Under the pieces are notes generated by a model that was not told the DNA's origin, ran no database searches, and saw only the letters and a program-made list of their open reading frames with translations. The translations under genes were made by a program, and so were the position numbers. A stretch of 64,000 bases of DNA from Thermoanaerobaculia bacterium (GTDB taxonomy: Bacteria; Acidobacteriota; Thermoanaerobaculia; UBA5066): contig CAWFJJ010000001.1 in NCBI GenBank assembly GCA_963816185.1, positions 32,001 through 96,000 on the forward strand, written 5' to 3'. Shown in pieces: positions 30,722 through 40,051 of the stretch (positions are counted from its first letter, which is position 1; each line of letters opens with the position of its first letter).

Positions 30722-31258
30722 TCAGTCGTCGCGCTCCGCGGAAGCCGTCGAGACCTGTGCTGAGGCCGGCATCAAGCTTCGAACGCCCATCTCGTGGACG
30801 AGACGCCCACCCTGATGGGCCGTGTTCACGAGCGAGAGGGTGCCGGCGGCGTACATCAGGAGGAACAGGAGTGTGAAGGCGGTCGTCGGCACACGCCCGG
30901 GCTCCCGCCGCATCACCGTGGGGAGGGCGAGCAGGCCGGCGAACACGATCGTCAGCAGCGCGAAGATCAGACGCGTCCGCTCGGCCAGCTCCTCGTGGTG
31001 CTCAAGCGCGACCGCCACCCCGCCGCTGCGGTCCGCGAGCTTCCCCGCGGCCTCGCCGCTGGCCACGGCCATGAACGTCGCGGCGGTTCCGAGCACCATG
31101 AGGACCAAGGCCGCGAGCATCACCCCGCGCGACCTCTCGCGCAGGAAGAGTCCGAGGAGGACGAGGAGCGGCGCGACGAGGAGGAGGGCCACGGGGAAGT
31201 GGACGACAAGCGGGTGAAGCGCGTCTAGCGAGCCGGGGAGGGGCGGGAATTCGATCAT
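30722..31258 (-). CDS. DUF2231-like 4-TM protein with conserved histidines
   Basis: LHPLVVHFPVALL, SGE.A, HHEELA and HQGGRLVH. Confidence 0.75.
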   Translation of the reverse strand: MIEFPPLPGSLDALHPLVVHFPVALLLVAPLLVLLGLFLRERSRGVMLAALVLMVLGTAATFMAVASGEAAGKLADRSGGVAVALEHHEELAERTRLIFALLTIVFAGLLALPTVMRREPGRVPTTAFTLLFLLMYAAGTLSLVNTAHQGGRLVHEMGVRSLMPASAQVSTASAERDD

Positions 31259-31262
31259 CCGG

Positions 31263-31874
31263 TCAGCTCACCTTCACGTAGCGGTCCTTTGGGTTGAAGC
31301 ACGCGGGGCACTTCTCGAAGTCGAGCTTCGTCGTCGTGTAACCGCAGACCGTGCAGACGTAGAGTGATTCGGACGCCGAGCCCTTGGCACCGTCGAGGCC
31401 GGCGAGCGCCGCGGTGTAGAGCTTGGCGTGCTCGGCCTCGGCCATCTTCGCCATGTTGAAGGTCTCGATGGCGGCGCGGTTCCCGTCCTGGCGCGCCTTC
31501 ACGAGGAACTGCGGATACATCGTGTCGCGTTCGTAGGTCTCGCCCTCGAGGGCGGCCTTCAGGTTCTCGCGAGTCGACTTGACGTCCGCGGCCTTCAGCT
31601 CCGCTTTCGCCTCGACGCCGATCTTCTTCAGGACGTCGGCGTGATTCTTCGCGTGGATCTCCTCGGCGCGCGCGGCGGCCCGGAAGAGGCTTGCCACGCG
31701 GCCGTAGCCCTCCTGATCAGCCTTCGTGGCGAATGCGACGTAGCGCGCGTGGGCGTTGCTCTCGCCCTGGAAGGCGGCGAGCAGGTTCTCCTTCGTGGAG
31801 GTGGAGGAGGCGGCCGAGAGGGGAAGGGTCACGAGGGCCAGGGCGGTGGCGACGAGGATGGAGAGGCCTTTCAT
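31263..31874 (-). CDS. rbr: Rubrerythrin with N-terminal signal peptide
   Basis: NLLAAFQGES, EEIHA, GETYE, MYPQF and EAEHA diiron ligands; C-terminal CTVCG...CPAC; preceded by MKGLSILVATALALVTLPLSA; AAGGAG RBS. Confidence 0.9.
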   Translation of the reverse strand: MKGLSILVATALALVTLPLSAASSTSTKENLLAAFQGESNAHARYVAFATKADQEGYGRVASLFRAAARAEEIHAKNHADVLKKIGVEAKAELKAADVKSTRENLKAALEGETYERDTMYPQFLVKARQDGNRAAIETFNMAKMAEAEHAKLYTAALAGLDGAKGSASESLYVCTVCGYTTTKLDFEKCPACFNPKDRYVKVS

Positions 31875-31915
31875 CGGTGTTGACTCCTTTGCGCTCGATC
31901 GAGCGCAGAGGGCGT

Positions 31916-31931
31916 CTCAAGGTCCGTGCCG
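31916..31931 (-). promoter_or_regulatory. Putative sigma54 promoter of rbr-DUF2231
   Basis: Minus strand CGGCAC-GGACC-TTGAG, about 41 nt before the rbr ATG and next to a sigma54 activator gene. Confidence 0.6.
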
Positions 31932-31993
31932 AGCCTCACGCGGGGCGGGACACGCGTCCCGCAAGGAGTTGCGCGGATGAGACCGCGTGTCGC

Positions 31994-32028
31994 GTCGAAA
32001 TTTCTGGACGTCGTTCAGACTTTTCGAC
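31994..32028. promoter_or_regulatory. Imperfect inverted repeat, candidate enhancer (UAS) for the adjacent sigma54 activator
   Basis: GTCGAAATTTCTGGAC...GTTCAGACTTTTCGAC (13/16 dyad match), 63-97 nt upstream of the -24 element. Confidence 0.5.
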
Positions 32029-33369
32029 TCAGTCGAGCCCGAGCCGCTTGAGCCGGTAAGAGAGGTGGCTGCGCGAGATGCCGAGCCGGCGCGCGGCCTC
32101 CGCCTGGACTCCTCCGGCGTCGGCGAGAGCACGCGCGATCAGCGTCCTCTCAAGCTGATCGAGCTGCGCGCGAAGTCCGCCGTCGCCCTCCGGGGAAGCC
32201 GCCGAGGGCGCGAGCGGCGGCAGGTCCCGTATCTCGATGCAAGGGCCCCGCGCGAGGATCGCCGCCCGCTCCAGGAGATTGCGCAGCTCGCGGACGTTCC
32301 CGGGGAAGTCGTACGCCTGAAGCGTCGTGACGGCCTCCGGCGAGATCGACCGATGCGCCAGACGGAGGTCCCGCGTCACGGCGTCCAGCAGGTGCGCGGT
32401 CAGGAGCGGGACGTCCTCGCGCCGGTCGCGCAACGGCGGCAGCGAGATCGGGACGACCGCAAGGCGGTAGTAAAGGTCCTCGCGGAACGTCCCGTCGCGC
32501 ACGCCCTGGAGGAGGTCGCGGTGAGTCGCCGACACAATCCTCACGTCCACCGTCCGCGAGGTCGTCGCGCCGACGTGCGTGACGCGCCCGTCGACGAGAA
32601 CGCGCAGGAGCTTCCCCTGGAGCGAGGGCGACATCTCCCCCGCCTCGTCCAGGAGGAGCGTTCCCCGGTGTGCCGCCTCGAAGACACCCTGACGCGCCCG
32701 GTCGGCCCCGGTGAAGGCGCCCCGCTCGTGCCCGAACAGCTCGCTCTCCAGCAGCGTCTCCGTGAAGCCGGCGCAGTTCACCGCCAGAAACGGAGCGCTC
32801 GCTCGCGGGCTCGCGCGATGGAGGGCGCGCGCGACGAGCTCCTTGCCGGTTCCGGTCTCGCCCGTGATGAGCACGGTGGCGTCCGTGGGGCCGACGCGGG
32901 CCACAAGCTCCCTCACGCGCGCCATCGGCTCGCTCTCGCCGACGAGCTCCCCGCTTCCAGAGAGGTCGCGGAGCTGGCCCTTCAGCCGGTCATTCTCGCG
33001 CAGGATCTCGGTCCGCTCCGCTGCCCGCCCGATCGCCGCGAGGACGGCCTCGGGGACGAAGGGCTTCGCGATCACGTCGAAGGCCCCGGCGCGCATGGAC
33101 GACACGGCGAGCTCGACGGTGGCGAACGCCGTAAGGACGAGGACCGGGACCACCGGGTCGGCGGCGCGCATCTCCGCGAGGAGCGTGATCCCGTCCCCGT
33201 CGGGGAGCTTCTGGTCGAGGACGATCACATCCCAGGTTCCCGCCGCGAAAGCGCGCCTGGCCTCGGCGACAGATCCCGCCTCGATCACGTCGTGCCCTTC
33301 GGGGCGGAGGATCGCCCCGAGAATTCGCCGCAGGTTCGGCTCGTCGTCAACCAGCAGCACGCGCGCCAA
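32029..33369 (-). CDS. Sigma54-dependent response regulator (NtrC family)
   Basis: REC (VDDE, D...PDGDG, KP), GETGTGKE, ESELFGHERGAFTGA, FREDLYYRL, FPGNVREL and HTH. Confidence 0.93.
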   Translation of the reverse strand: MARVLLVDDEPNLRRILGAILRPEGHDVIEAGSVAEARRAFAAGTWDVIVLDQKLPDGDGITLLAEMRAADPVVPVLVLTAFATVELAVSSMRAGAFDVIAKPFVPEAVLAAIGRAAERTEILRENDRLKGQLRDLSGSGELVGESEPMARVRELVARVGPTDATVLITGETGTGKELVARALHRASPRASAPFLAVNCAGFTETLLESELFGHERGAFTGADRARQGVFEAAHRGTLLLDEAGEMSPSLQGKLLRVLVDGRVTHVGATTSRTVDVRIVSATHRDLLQGVRDGTFREDLYYRLAVVPISLPPLRDRREDVPLLTAHLLDAVTRDLRLAHRSISPEAVTTLQAYDFPGNVRELRNLLERAAILARGPCIEIRDLPPLAPSAASPEGDGGLRAQLDQLERTLIARALADAGGVQAEAARRLGISRSHLSYRLKRLGLD

Positions 33370-34666
33370 GGGTGGCCCCCTGTTCGGCGATGACGGACGG
33401 TGGGAGCGTGAGGGCGAACCGGACGCGCCCCGCGGCGTTCGACGCGATCTGCACGTCTCCGCCGTGGCGTCGCGCGATCCCGCGGGCGATCGCGAGGCCG
33501 AGCCCGGTGCCGCGCGGACGCGTCGTGAAGAAAGGTTCGAAGAGGCACGGGACGGCGTCGGCCGGGACTCCCGGCCCGTCGTCTTCCACTTCCAGGGAAA
33601 CGGCGCCGGACCGGCGGCGGCAGACGAGGGAGACGCAACCGCCCCGGCCGGCCGCCTCGACGCCGTTGAGGACGAGGTTCAGGAGCGCCTGCTGGAGCTG
33701 GTGCGGATCGGCGTGCAGCACGAGTTCCTCGGGGGCCGAGCCCTCAACCGCGACGCCGCGAGCGTCGGCGTGCGCGCGAGCGAGCTCGACGACGTATCCG
33801 ACGAGCGTCGCGGCGGAAGTCGGAACCACCGTCGGAACTTTCGCGCCCGCGTAAGACAGGAAGTCCCCGGTGAGCGTCTCGAGGCGCCGGGCCTCTTCGG
33901 AGGCGATCGCGCAGAGGGGCTCAGCGGCGGGAGTCGCGCAGCCCTTGCGTCGCGCGAGGTCGAGCGAAGAGACGATCATCGCGATCGGGTTCCGGATTTC
34001 GTGGGCGATCGCCGACGAGAGCCGTCCCACGGCGGCGAGCTTCTCCTCCTCCACGAGCCGATCCCTTGCCATTCCAAGATCGAGTAGCGAGCCGGCGAGG
34101 CGCGCTCGTTCCTTGCGGAGCTCCGAGACGAGAATCGCCACGACCACGGCGACGACGACGTAGATGAGGGCGACGCTCGCCGCCTCGAACCACTCGGCCG
34201 TCGTCACCGGAGCGTGACTTCGTCCCCAGATGGCCAGCTTGAGGAACGTCAGGACGATCGCGACCGCGACGACGAGTGCGATCCCCGCGGGTGGCTTCCG
34301 GGCCGCGGCGGCGATGACGGGAAGCAGAAGGAGGGCCACGTAATGGCTGTGCTCCAGCCCTCCCAGGAGCGACAGGACGAAAGCGAATGCGACGTTGAGC
34401 CAAATGGAGGCGTCCGCCCACGCAGAGAGGGGCGCCGCCGCGGCCCCGCCGATCCACGTGAGCTCGAGCGCCTGCATCAGGAAACGGCCCAGGAGGACGA
34501 GAAAGAACAGGCGGGGCGGCGTCCCGAGCGCCGGACCGAAGACGAGATGGGCGACGACGATCCCTGCGAGCATCGTCATGTTCAAGAGAACGAGCCCTCC
34601 TTCCTGCCGGCGGAGGACGTCGGAAGCGGAAGAAGACGCGGAGGGTGCGGGAGGAGGATGAACCAA
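33347..34666 (-). CDS. Intramembrane-sensing histidine kinase (about 6 TM)
   Basis: Multiple N-terminal TMs with no periplasmic domain; AHEIRNP, NLVLNG, DDGPG, PFFTT and GTGLGL. Confidence 0.88.
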   Translation of the reverse strand: MVHPPPAPSASSSASDVLRRQEGGLVLLNMTMLAGIVVAHLVFGPALGTPPRLFFLVLLGRFLMQALELTWIGGAAAAPLSAWADASIWLNVAFAFVLSLLGGLEHSHYVALLLLPVIAAAARKPPAGIALVVAVAIVLTFLKLAIWGRSHAPVTTAEWFEAASVALIYVVVAVVVAILVSELRKERARLAGSLLDLGMARDRLVEEEKLAAVGRLSSAIAHEIRNPIAMIVSSLDLARRKGCATPAAEPLCAIASEEARRLETLTGDFLSYAGAKVPTVVPTSAATLVGYVVELARAHADARGVAVEGSAPEELVLHADPHQLQQALLNLVLNGVEAAGRGGCVSLVCRRRSGAVSLEVEDDGPGVPADAVPCLFEPFFTTRPRGTGLGLAIARGIARRHGGDVQIASNAAGRVRFALTLPPSVIAEQGATLGARAAG

Positions 34667-34744
34667 AGCGCAAAATCTTACGCTCGGAGGGTCTGGCGTA
34701 GCCCGGAGCCGATCGCGTTGAGATCGAGATCGAGCGCGCGCGCC

Positions 34745-35884
34745 TCAGCCGGCGGCCGCCGGGACGGCGGGCCGCGCCGCCGCCGTCTTGCGCTTCTCGA
34801 CGAGCGCCTTGAACGCCTCCTTGTCGATCGCCTTCTCGAGCGCGTCGTCCGCTTCCACGAACGCCCCGACGACGAGGTCGGCGAGGTACTGGTCCATCCC
34901 GATCATCCCGGACGTGCGGCCCGTCTGGATGAGGGTCGTGATCATGCTCGTCTTGCCCTCCCGGATGCTGTTCGAGAGCGCGGAGGATCCGCGGAGCACT
35001 TCGAAAGCGGGGACGCGCCCGCCGCCTTTCTTCCTCAGGAGCACCTGCGCGACGACGGCCTTCAGCACCTCCGCGAGCACGGTCCGCGTCTGCTCCTGCT
35101 CCTCGGCGGGGAAGCTGTCGATGAGGCGGTCCACCGCCTTCGAGGCGGAATTCGTGTGGAGCGTCGCGAAGACCAGGAGGCCCGTCTCGGCCGCCTGCAA
35201 GGCCATCGACATCGTCTCGAGATCGCGCAGCTCGCCGACCAGGACCACGTCCGGGTCCTCGCGAAGAGCCGCCTTGAGCGCGCCGGCGAAAGTCGGCGTG
35301 TCGAAGCCGAGCTCACGATGCGAGATCAGCGACTTCTGGGGCACGTGGAGAAACTCGACGGGATCCTCGATCGTGACGATGTGAGAAGCGCGCGTGCGGT
35401 TGATCCAGTCGAGGAGGGCCGCGAGAGTCGTGGACTTGCCCGAGCCCGTCGGACCGGTCACGAGGACGAGTCCGCGCGGGACGCGTGCGACGTTCGAGAC
35501 GATCGGGGGCAGCCCCAGCTCCTCGATGCCGAGGACCTTCGGCGGGATCATGCGGAGGACGGCGCCCGACCCGTGCTCCTGGCGGAAGAGGTTCACGCGG
35601 AAGCGCGCGATCTTGCCCATGGCATAGGCGAAGTCCGCGTCGCCCGTCTCCTGCCAGTCCTTGAACGGCTTCTCGGGAGCGATCGGGCCGATGAGGCTCT
35701 CGTACTCCTCCTCGGTCAGCGTGCGCCACTTCAGCCTCTGGAGATCTCCGTCCACGCGGACGATCGGCGGCGACCCCACGGCGAGGTGAAGGTCGGAGGC
35801 TTTCTTGTCGACGACGATCCTGAGGAGCGTGTCGATCCGGTTCACGCCCATGTCCGAGGAGGAGGCTGGAGGCTGCTTCGTCAT
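34745..35884 (-). CDS. pilT: Type IV pilus retraction ATPase PilT/PilU family
   Basis: ASDLHL, RFRVN, GPTGSGKSTT, TIEDPVE, ALREDPD, GELRD, ATLHT and an AIRNLIRE-like ALSNSIRE. Confidence 0.92.
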   Translation of the reverse strand: MTKQPPASSSDMGVNRIDTLLRIVVDKKASDLHLAVGSPPIVRVDGDLQRLKWRTLTEEEYESLIGPIAPEKPFKDWQETGDADFAYAMGKIARFRVNLFRQEHGSGAVLRMIPPKVLGIEELGLPPIVSNVARVPRGLVLVTGPTGSGKSTTLAALLDWINRTRASHIVTIEDPVEFLHVPQKSLISHRELGFDTPTFAGALKAALREDPDVVLVGELRDLETMSMALQAAETGLLVFATLHTNSASKAVDRLIDSFPAEEQEQTRTVLAEVLKAVVAQVLLRKKGGGRVPAFEVLRGSSALSNSIREGKTSMITTLIQTGRTSGMIGMDQYLADLVVGAFVEADDALEKAIDKEAFKALVEKRKTAAARPAVPAAAG

Positions 35885-38406
35885 TCGAGGGCCTGCCTCT
35901 CGTCGGCGAGAAGCTTCTCGAAGGGCTCCTTCTTGAGCGCCTTCTCCATGGCGATCTCGGGATCCACCTTGCCGTCCTCGCAAAGCTTCATCAGCGACTG
36001 GTCCATGGTGACCATTCCGGCGCTTTGGCCGGTCTGAAGCTGGGACGGAAGCTGGTGCGTCTTGCCTTCACGAATCAGCGACGCCACGGCGGGTGTCGTG
36101 CGGAGGATCTCGAACGCCGCAACGCGACCCGCGAACCCGCGGCGCGGGAGAAGGACCTGGGACACGACCGCCTTCAAGGAGTCGGAGAGCATGACGCGAA
36201 CCTGGCCCTGCTGCCCGGCGGGAAACGAGCTGATGATGCGGTCGATCGTCGCGGGCGCATTCGTCGTGTGGAGCGTGCCGAGGACGAGGTGCCCCGTTTC
36301 CGAGGCGGTGATCGCGAGCGCGATCGTCTCGAGGTCGCGCATCTCGCCGACGAGGATGACGTCCGGGTCCTCGCGGAGCGCCGCCTTGAGCGCCCGCGCG
36401 AACGAAACCGTGTGATGCGGGACCTGGCGCTGGTTCACCATCGCTTCCTTGCTCGGGTGGACGAACTCCACCGGGTCCTCGACCGTGATGATGTGACAGG
36501 GGCGTGTCTCGTTGATGCGGTCGATGAGCGCGGCGAGCGTGGTTGACTTTCCGCAGCCGGACGAGCCCGTCACGAGGACGAGGCCCTGCGTGAACTTGAG
36601 GACGTCCGAGAGCGACGGCGGCAGCCCGATCTCCTCGATCGTCGGGATGGCCTTCGGAATGAGCCGGAAGCACGCGTCGAACCCGCCGCGCTGCGAGTAG
36701 AAGTTGGCGCGGAAGCGCCCGAGCCCCGGCAGCTTCAGGCAGACGTCGATCTGCCGCTCGCGCTCGAGCCTCTTCCATTCGCTCTCGTCGAGCACTTCGC
36801 GGATGAGCTGGGTTGCGCGCGCGCGCGTCATCGGAGGCGCGTTCACGGGCTCGAGGACGCCCTGCATGCGCAGATGCGGCACGAAGCCCGTCGCGAGGTG
36901 AAGGTCCGAGGCTCCGTGCTGGACCATGTCGGCGAGGAACTCGACGAGCCGCGCGTTCTGGTTGCCGGCCAGCTCGACGGTGGCCACCTCGGACTCGATC
37001 TCGGGAAGGGCGTCGCGGGCCTCGTCGCCGGAGAGCCTTCCCACGAGGCGGCGGGCGCGCTCGCGGACCGCCGGATCGAGCTGGGCCATCTGGACGACCC
37101 TCGAGCAGATCGTGACGACCTGCTGCTGGACGCGGGCCTCGGCCACCGCGAGCTTTCCCATCGCGTCGAGGATCTCGATCTGGACGTCGGGGCGCGCGAC
37201 GGCGCCCTTGAACGTGTCGAGAAGCGGCTGGGCGGCGCGCGCGTCGGCGAGCTCCCCGACCGCGGAGGCGGCCGCGATGACGAGCTCGGGGTCCTTGAGC
37301 GCCAGGAGAAGGCGTTGGAGGACCTCGTCGTTTCCCTGCCCGGTCCGCCCGAGCGTCTCGATGGCGCGCGTCCTCACCCAGAGGTCGGCGTCGTCCACGA
37401 GCTTGATCCACACGGGGAGCGCCTTGGCGTCCGCGAGAGCCAGCGTCATCTCGGAGGCGGCCTTCGCAAACGCGGGATCGGGATCCTTCGTGAGCAGAAG
37501 CAGCGCGTTCACGAAGCCCGGCAAGCCATCGCGGGCCGTCTCGACCGCGCGGTCCCGGACCCAGACGAACGCGCCGCGAAAATGCTCGAGGATCCGGCGC
37601 GCGATGAGATCCGGCGTGTAGGGCATGAGGAGATTCACGGCGCCGTGCCTCACGATCGCGTTTCCGTCCGCGAGAAGAGGCACGATCTCGGTCGTGTGAT
37701 CCTGCTTGGCGGAGGTCAGGAGGCGCTTGATCGCGGCGAACGACGCTTCCGCCACGCGTCCGCCTCCCGTCCGCGCCATCTGAAGAACGTCCGGGAAGTA
37801 GCTCTCGTTCGGGTTCTTCTCGAGGACCGCGAGCGCCGAGTAGCGGATCTCCTCGTTCTCGTCCTGCAACAGGGGGACGGCGAGGCTCGCCGCCACGGCC
37901 GCGCTGCCTTCGAAATTCATCTCGCTGACGGCCTTCAGGGCCTTCGCCCGCACGGCGGGATTCGTCGCGGTGAGCACCCGGCGCGCGATGTCGAAGGCCG
38001 CCTCGGCGGGAAGCTCCCGGGCGAGCTCCAGAGCGGCGAGGCGGGCATAGTCGTCCCCGCGGGAGCCGACCTCCTGCAGGAACGGGCCGAGCTGCGGCCC
38101 CGCGAGCTCCTTCAGGAAGCGCATGACGGCGCGCCGCACCGCTTCCGAGCGCGTCTTCAGGAGCGGAACGAGCGCTTCGAGCCCGGCGCGGTCGTGACGC
38201 CTCTTGAGGATCGCGAGACCCGCAGCCCGGATCTCGGGAATCGGCTCGAGCGCCGTCCAGACGATCCACCCGACGTCGGGCTTGACGATCGCGTGGAACT
38301 TCTCGAGGAGCTCCCTCTTGTTCTCCTCGCTCGTCCACTTGTGGTCTCGAAGCTGGGCGACGACGGCCGGCTCCGAGCGCAGGCCGCGCAGCTTCTCAAG
38401 GACCAT
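35881..38406 (-). CDS. HEAT-repeat-PilT fusion ATPase
   Basis: About 480 aa of HEAT-like repeats (LL.D....VR..A...L) followed by a complete PilT domain (ASDLHL, GSSGCGKSTT, TVEDPVE, ALREDPD, GTLHT, AVASLIRE). Confidence 0.88.
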   Translation of the reverse strand: MVLEKLRGLRSEPAVVAQLRDHKWTSEENKRELLEKFHAIVKPDVGWIVWTALEPIPEIRAAGLAILKRRHDRAGLEALVPLLKTRSEAVRRAVMRFLKELAGPQLGPFLQEVGSRGDDYARLAALELARELPAEAAFDIARRVLTATNPAVRAKALKAVSEMNFEGSAAVAASLAVPLLQDENEEIRYSALAVLEKNPNESYFPDVLQMARTGGGRVAEASFAAIKRLLTSAKQDHTTEIVPLLADGNAIVRHGAVNLLMPYTPDLIARRILEHFRGAFVWVRDRAVETARDGLPGFVNALLLLTKDPDPAFAKAASEMTLALADAKALPVWIKLVDDADLWVRTRAIETLGRTGQGNDEVLQRLLLALKDPELVIAAASAVGELADARAAQPLLDTFKGAVARPDVQIEILDAMGKLAVAEARVQQQVVTICSRVVQMAQLDPAVRERARRLVGRLSGDEARDALPEIESEVATVELAGNQNARLVEFLADMVQHGASDLHLATGFVPHLRMQGVLEPVNAPPMTRARATQLIREVLDESEWKRLERERQIDVCLKLPGLGRFRANFYSQRGGFDACFRLIPKAIPTIEEIGLPPSLSDVLKFTQGLVLVTGSSGCGKSTTLAALIDRINETRPCHIITVEDPVEFVHPSKEAMVNQRQVPHHTVSFARALKAALREDPDVILVGEMRDLETIALAITASETGHLVLGTLHTTNAPATIDRIISSFPAGQQGQVRVMLSDSLKAVVSQVLLPRRGFAGRVAAFEILRTTPAVASLIREGKTHQLPSQLQTGQSAGMVTMDQSLMKLCEDGKVDPEIAMEKALKKEPFEKLLADERQALE

Positions 38407-38496
38407 CAGCCTGTCTCCATGGCTCGCCTATCGTAGCTCGCGCGCCGCGGGCTGCGCCCGCGCCCGGAGAAGGGGCGCGCGAGCATCGGCCATTTC

Positions 38497-38525
38497 GCAG
38501 GGAAACCCCGCCCGGGTTTCCCTGC
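38497..38525. repeat. Perfect 12-bp stem palindrome (REP-like)
   Basis: GCAGGGAAACCC-CGCCC-GGGTTTCCCTGC in the divergent pilT / minor-pilin intergenic region. Confidence 0.7.
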
Positions 38526-38698
38526 ACCTTTCCTCGCGCCGGAGACCCGCGCGATTACTCAAGCCGAGAATCGTCTGCTGCCGGGCAGCGAGTGTTACGA
38601 AATGTGTCGATTCGATCGACGCATGCGCGGGCGTCTCTCAGCAGCGAGTCGGGTGTAAGATCTCTGCCACGAGTCGTTTGACTGTCTGGGTTGATTCG

Positions 38699-38714
38699 CG
38701 GCACGAACCTCGCT
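38699..38714 (+). promoter_or_regulatory. Possible sigma54 promoter of minor pilin operon
   Basis: CGGCAC-GAACC-TCGCT (GG-N10-GC spacing), but only 19 nt before the first ATG. Confidence 0.4.
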
Positions 38715-38733
38715 TTGGAAAGGCGGATTCTCC

Positions 38734-39483
38734 ATGATGAGCGTTACGTCTCCGGACTCTTACCCGCGACTCCGCACGCTTCGGCGCTCGCGGAGGGGGT
38801 TCAGTCTCATCGAGATGCTGGTCGTGGTCGCGATCATCGCGATCATCGTCATCCTCGGGGGAGGGGAGATCTCGAGGGCCTGGAAGCGCCAGAAGATGCA
38901 GAGCGCGGCCACCGACATCAAGGTGCTCTTTCAGAGGGCGCTCCCCGAGATGCAGCGCCGCAACATGCAGACCTTCGTCCAGGTCGGCCCTCACACGACG
39001 ACATCCGGAGCGAAATATCTGCCGATCTACCTCGTCGGCGATGCGGACGGGGACGGGGCCTTGGGCACGTTCTGCCAGAATCCGATCGCACCCGCCACAG
39101 GCTGTCCGGACCTCCTCATCGCCGAGTACGACATCATCGACGTGGGCAAGACGGGCGTCAGGGGTACGTCGGGCGTGGACCAGGAGTTCTGCTTGTCCGA
39201 GGTCGCCGTGGACCAGGTGGAATCCACGCTCTGGTCGGACAACAACACGAGCTGGAATAACCAGCGCGTCCTCATGTGCGACTTTCAGGGGCGGGCGATC
39301 GACACGCTCAGCGGCCGGCAGATCGCCGGGCCGGCCACGCTCGTCTTCACGCACACGGGCGTCGTCAACGGAGGTCTGGACCCCCCGACGCGGTACGTGC
39401 TCAGCATCAACCCGGTCTGGAGCGTCCGGGTCGCGAAGCAGATCAAGGACTCGACGAACGCGTGGGTGACGCAAAATGGCTGA
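38734..39483 (+). CDS. Minor pilin FimT/FimU-like
   Basis: SRRG|FSLIEMLVVVAII; first gene of a four-minor-pilin plus pilY1 operon. Confidence 0.82.
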   Translation: MMSVTSPDSYPRLRTLRRSRRGFSLIEMLVVVAIIAIIVILGGGEISRAWKRQKMQSAATDIKVLFQRALPEMQRRNMQTFVQVGPHTTTSGAKYLPIYLVGDADGDGALGTFCQNPIAPATGCPDLLIAEYDIIDVGKTGVRGTSGVDQEFCLSEVAVDQVESTLWSDNNTSWNNQRVLMCDFQGRAIDTLSGRQIAGPATLVFTHTGVVNGGLDPPTRYVLSINPVWSVRVAKQIKDSTNAWVTQNG

Positions 39484-40051
39484 GAGCGGCGCCCCTCGCG
39501 ATCGCCGGACACCAACCCGCTCGCGCCGCGGCAGCAGCTTCGTCGAGGTCCTCCTCGCCATGACCATCATGGCGCTCGTCCTCGTCGGCATCCTCCAGAT
39601 GTTCTCGGTGTCGCTCATCATCAACAAGGGCGCCGCGGCCCGCACGCAGATGCTCTTCAAGTGCCAGCAGGTCGTCGAGAACCTCCGCTGGTACTACTAC
39701 GTGACGTCGAACAACATGGCCGCGCCCACGAACACCGACATCCCGGCTCTCGGGGCGGCCACCAAGAATCTTCCATATGTGGCGACCGACCCAGGGTGGG
39801 ATTTCTGGGGTCCTGACGGAGCGAACGTGATCGAGAGGGAGAACGGGCCGTACAAGATCAGCTACACGCTGGTGAACGACAACGGTGTCGGCGGACAGCA
39901 GCTGAACAACGGCACCAACGTCTGGGTGATCACGGTCTCGGCGGTGCCGACGGACGTCCCTGGCGCCGTCGGCGCCTCGCGGTATCTGGGAATCGGAACG
40001 AACGGCGGCGGCAAGAGAGTGGATTATGTGGCGCAGTTCACGCAGCAGTGA
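39476..40051 (+). CDS. Minor pilin PilV-like
   Basis: SRRG|SSFVEVLLAMTIMALV; position in the operon. Confidence 0.78.
   Translation: MAESGAPRDRRTPTRSRRGSSFVEVLLAMTIMALVLVGILQMFSVSLIINKGAAARTQMLFKCQQVVENLRWYYYVTSNNMAAPTNTDIPALGAATKNLPYVATDPGWDFWGPDGANVIERENGPYKISYTLVNDNGVGGQQLNNGTNVWVITVSAVPTDVPGAVGASRYLGIGTNGGGKRVDYVAQFTQQ

Noticed and set aside
30675-34744. Mobile element carrying the rubrerythrin cassette
   Set aside because: It interrupts the pilus region, but no transposase, integrase, terminal repeats or target duplication were found.
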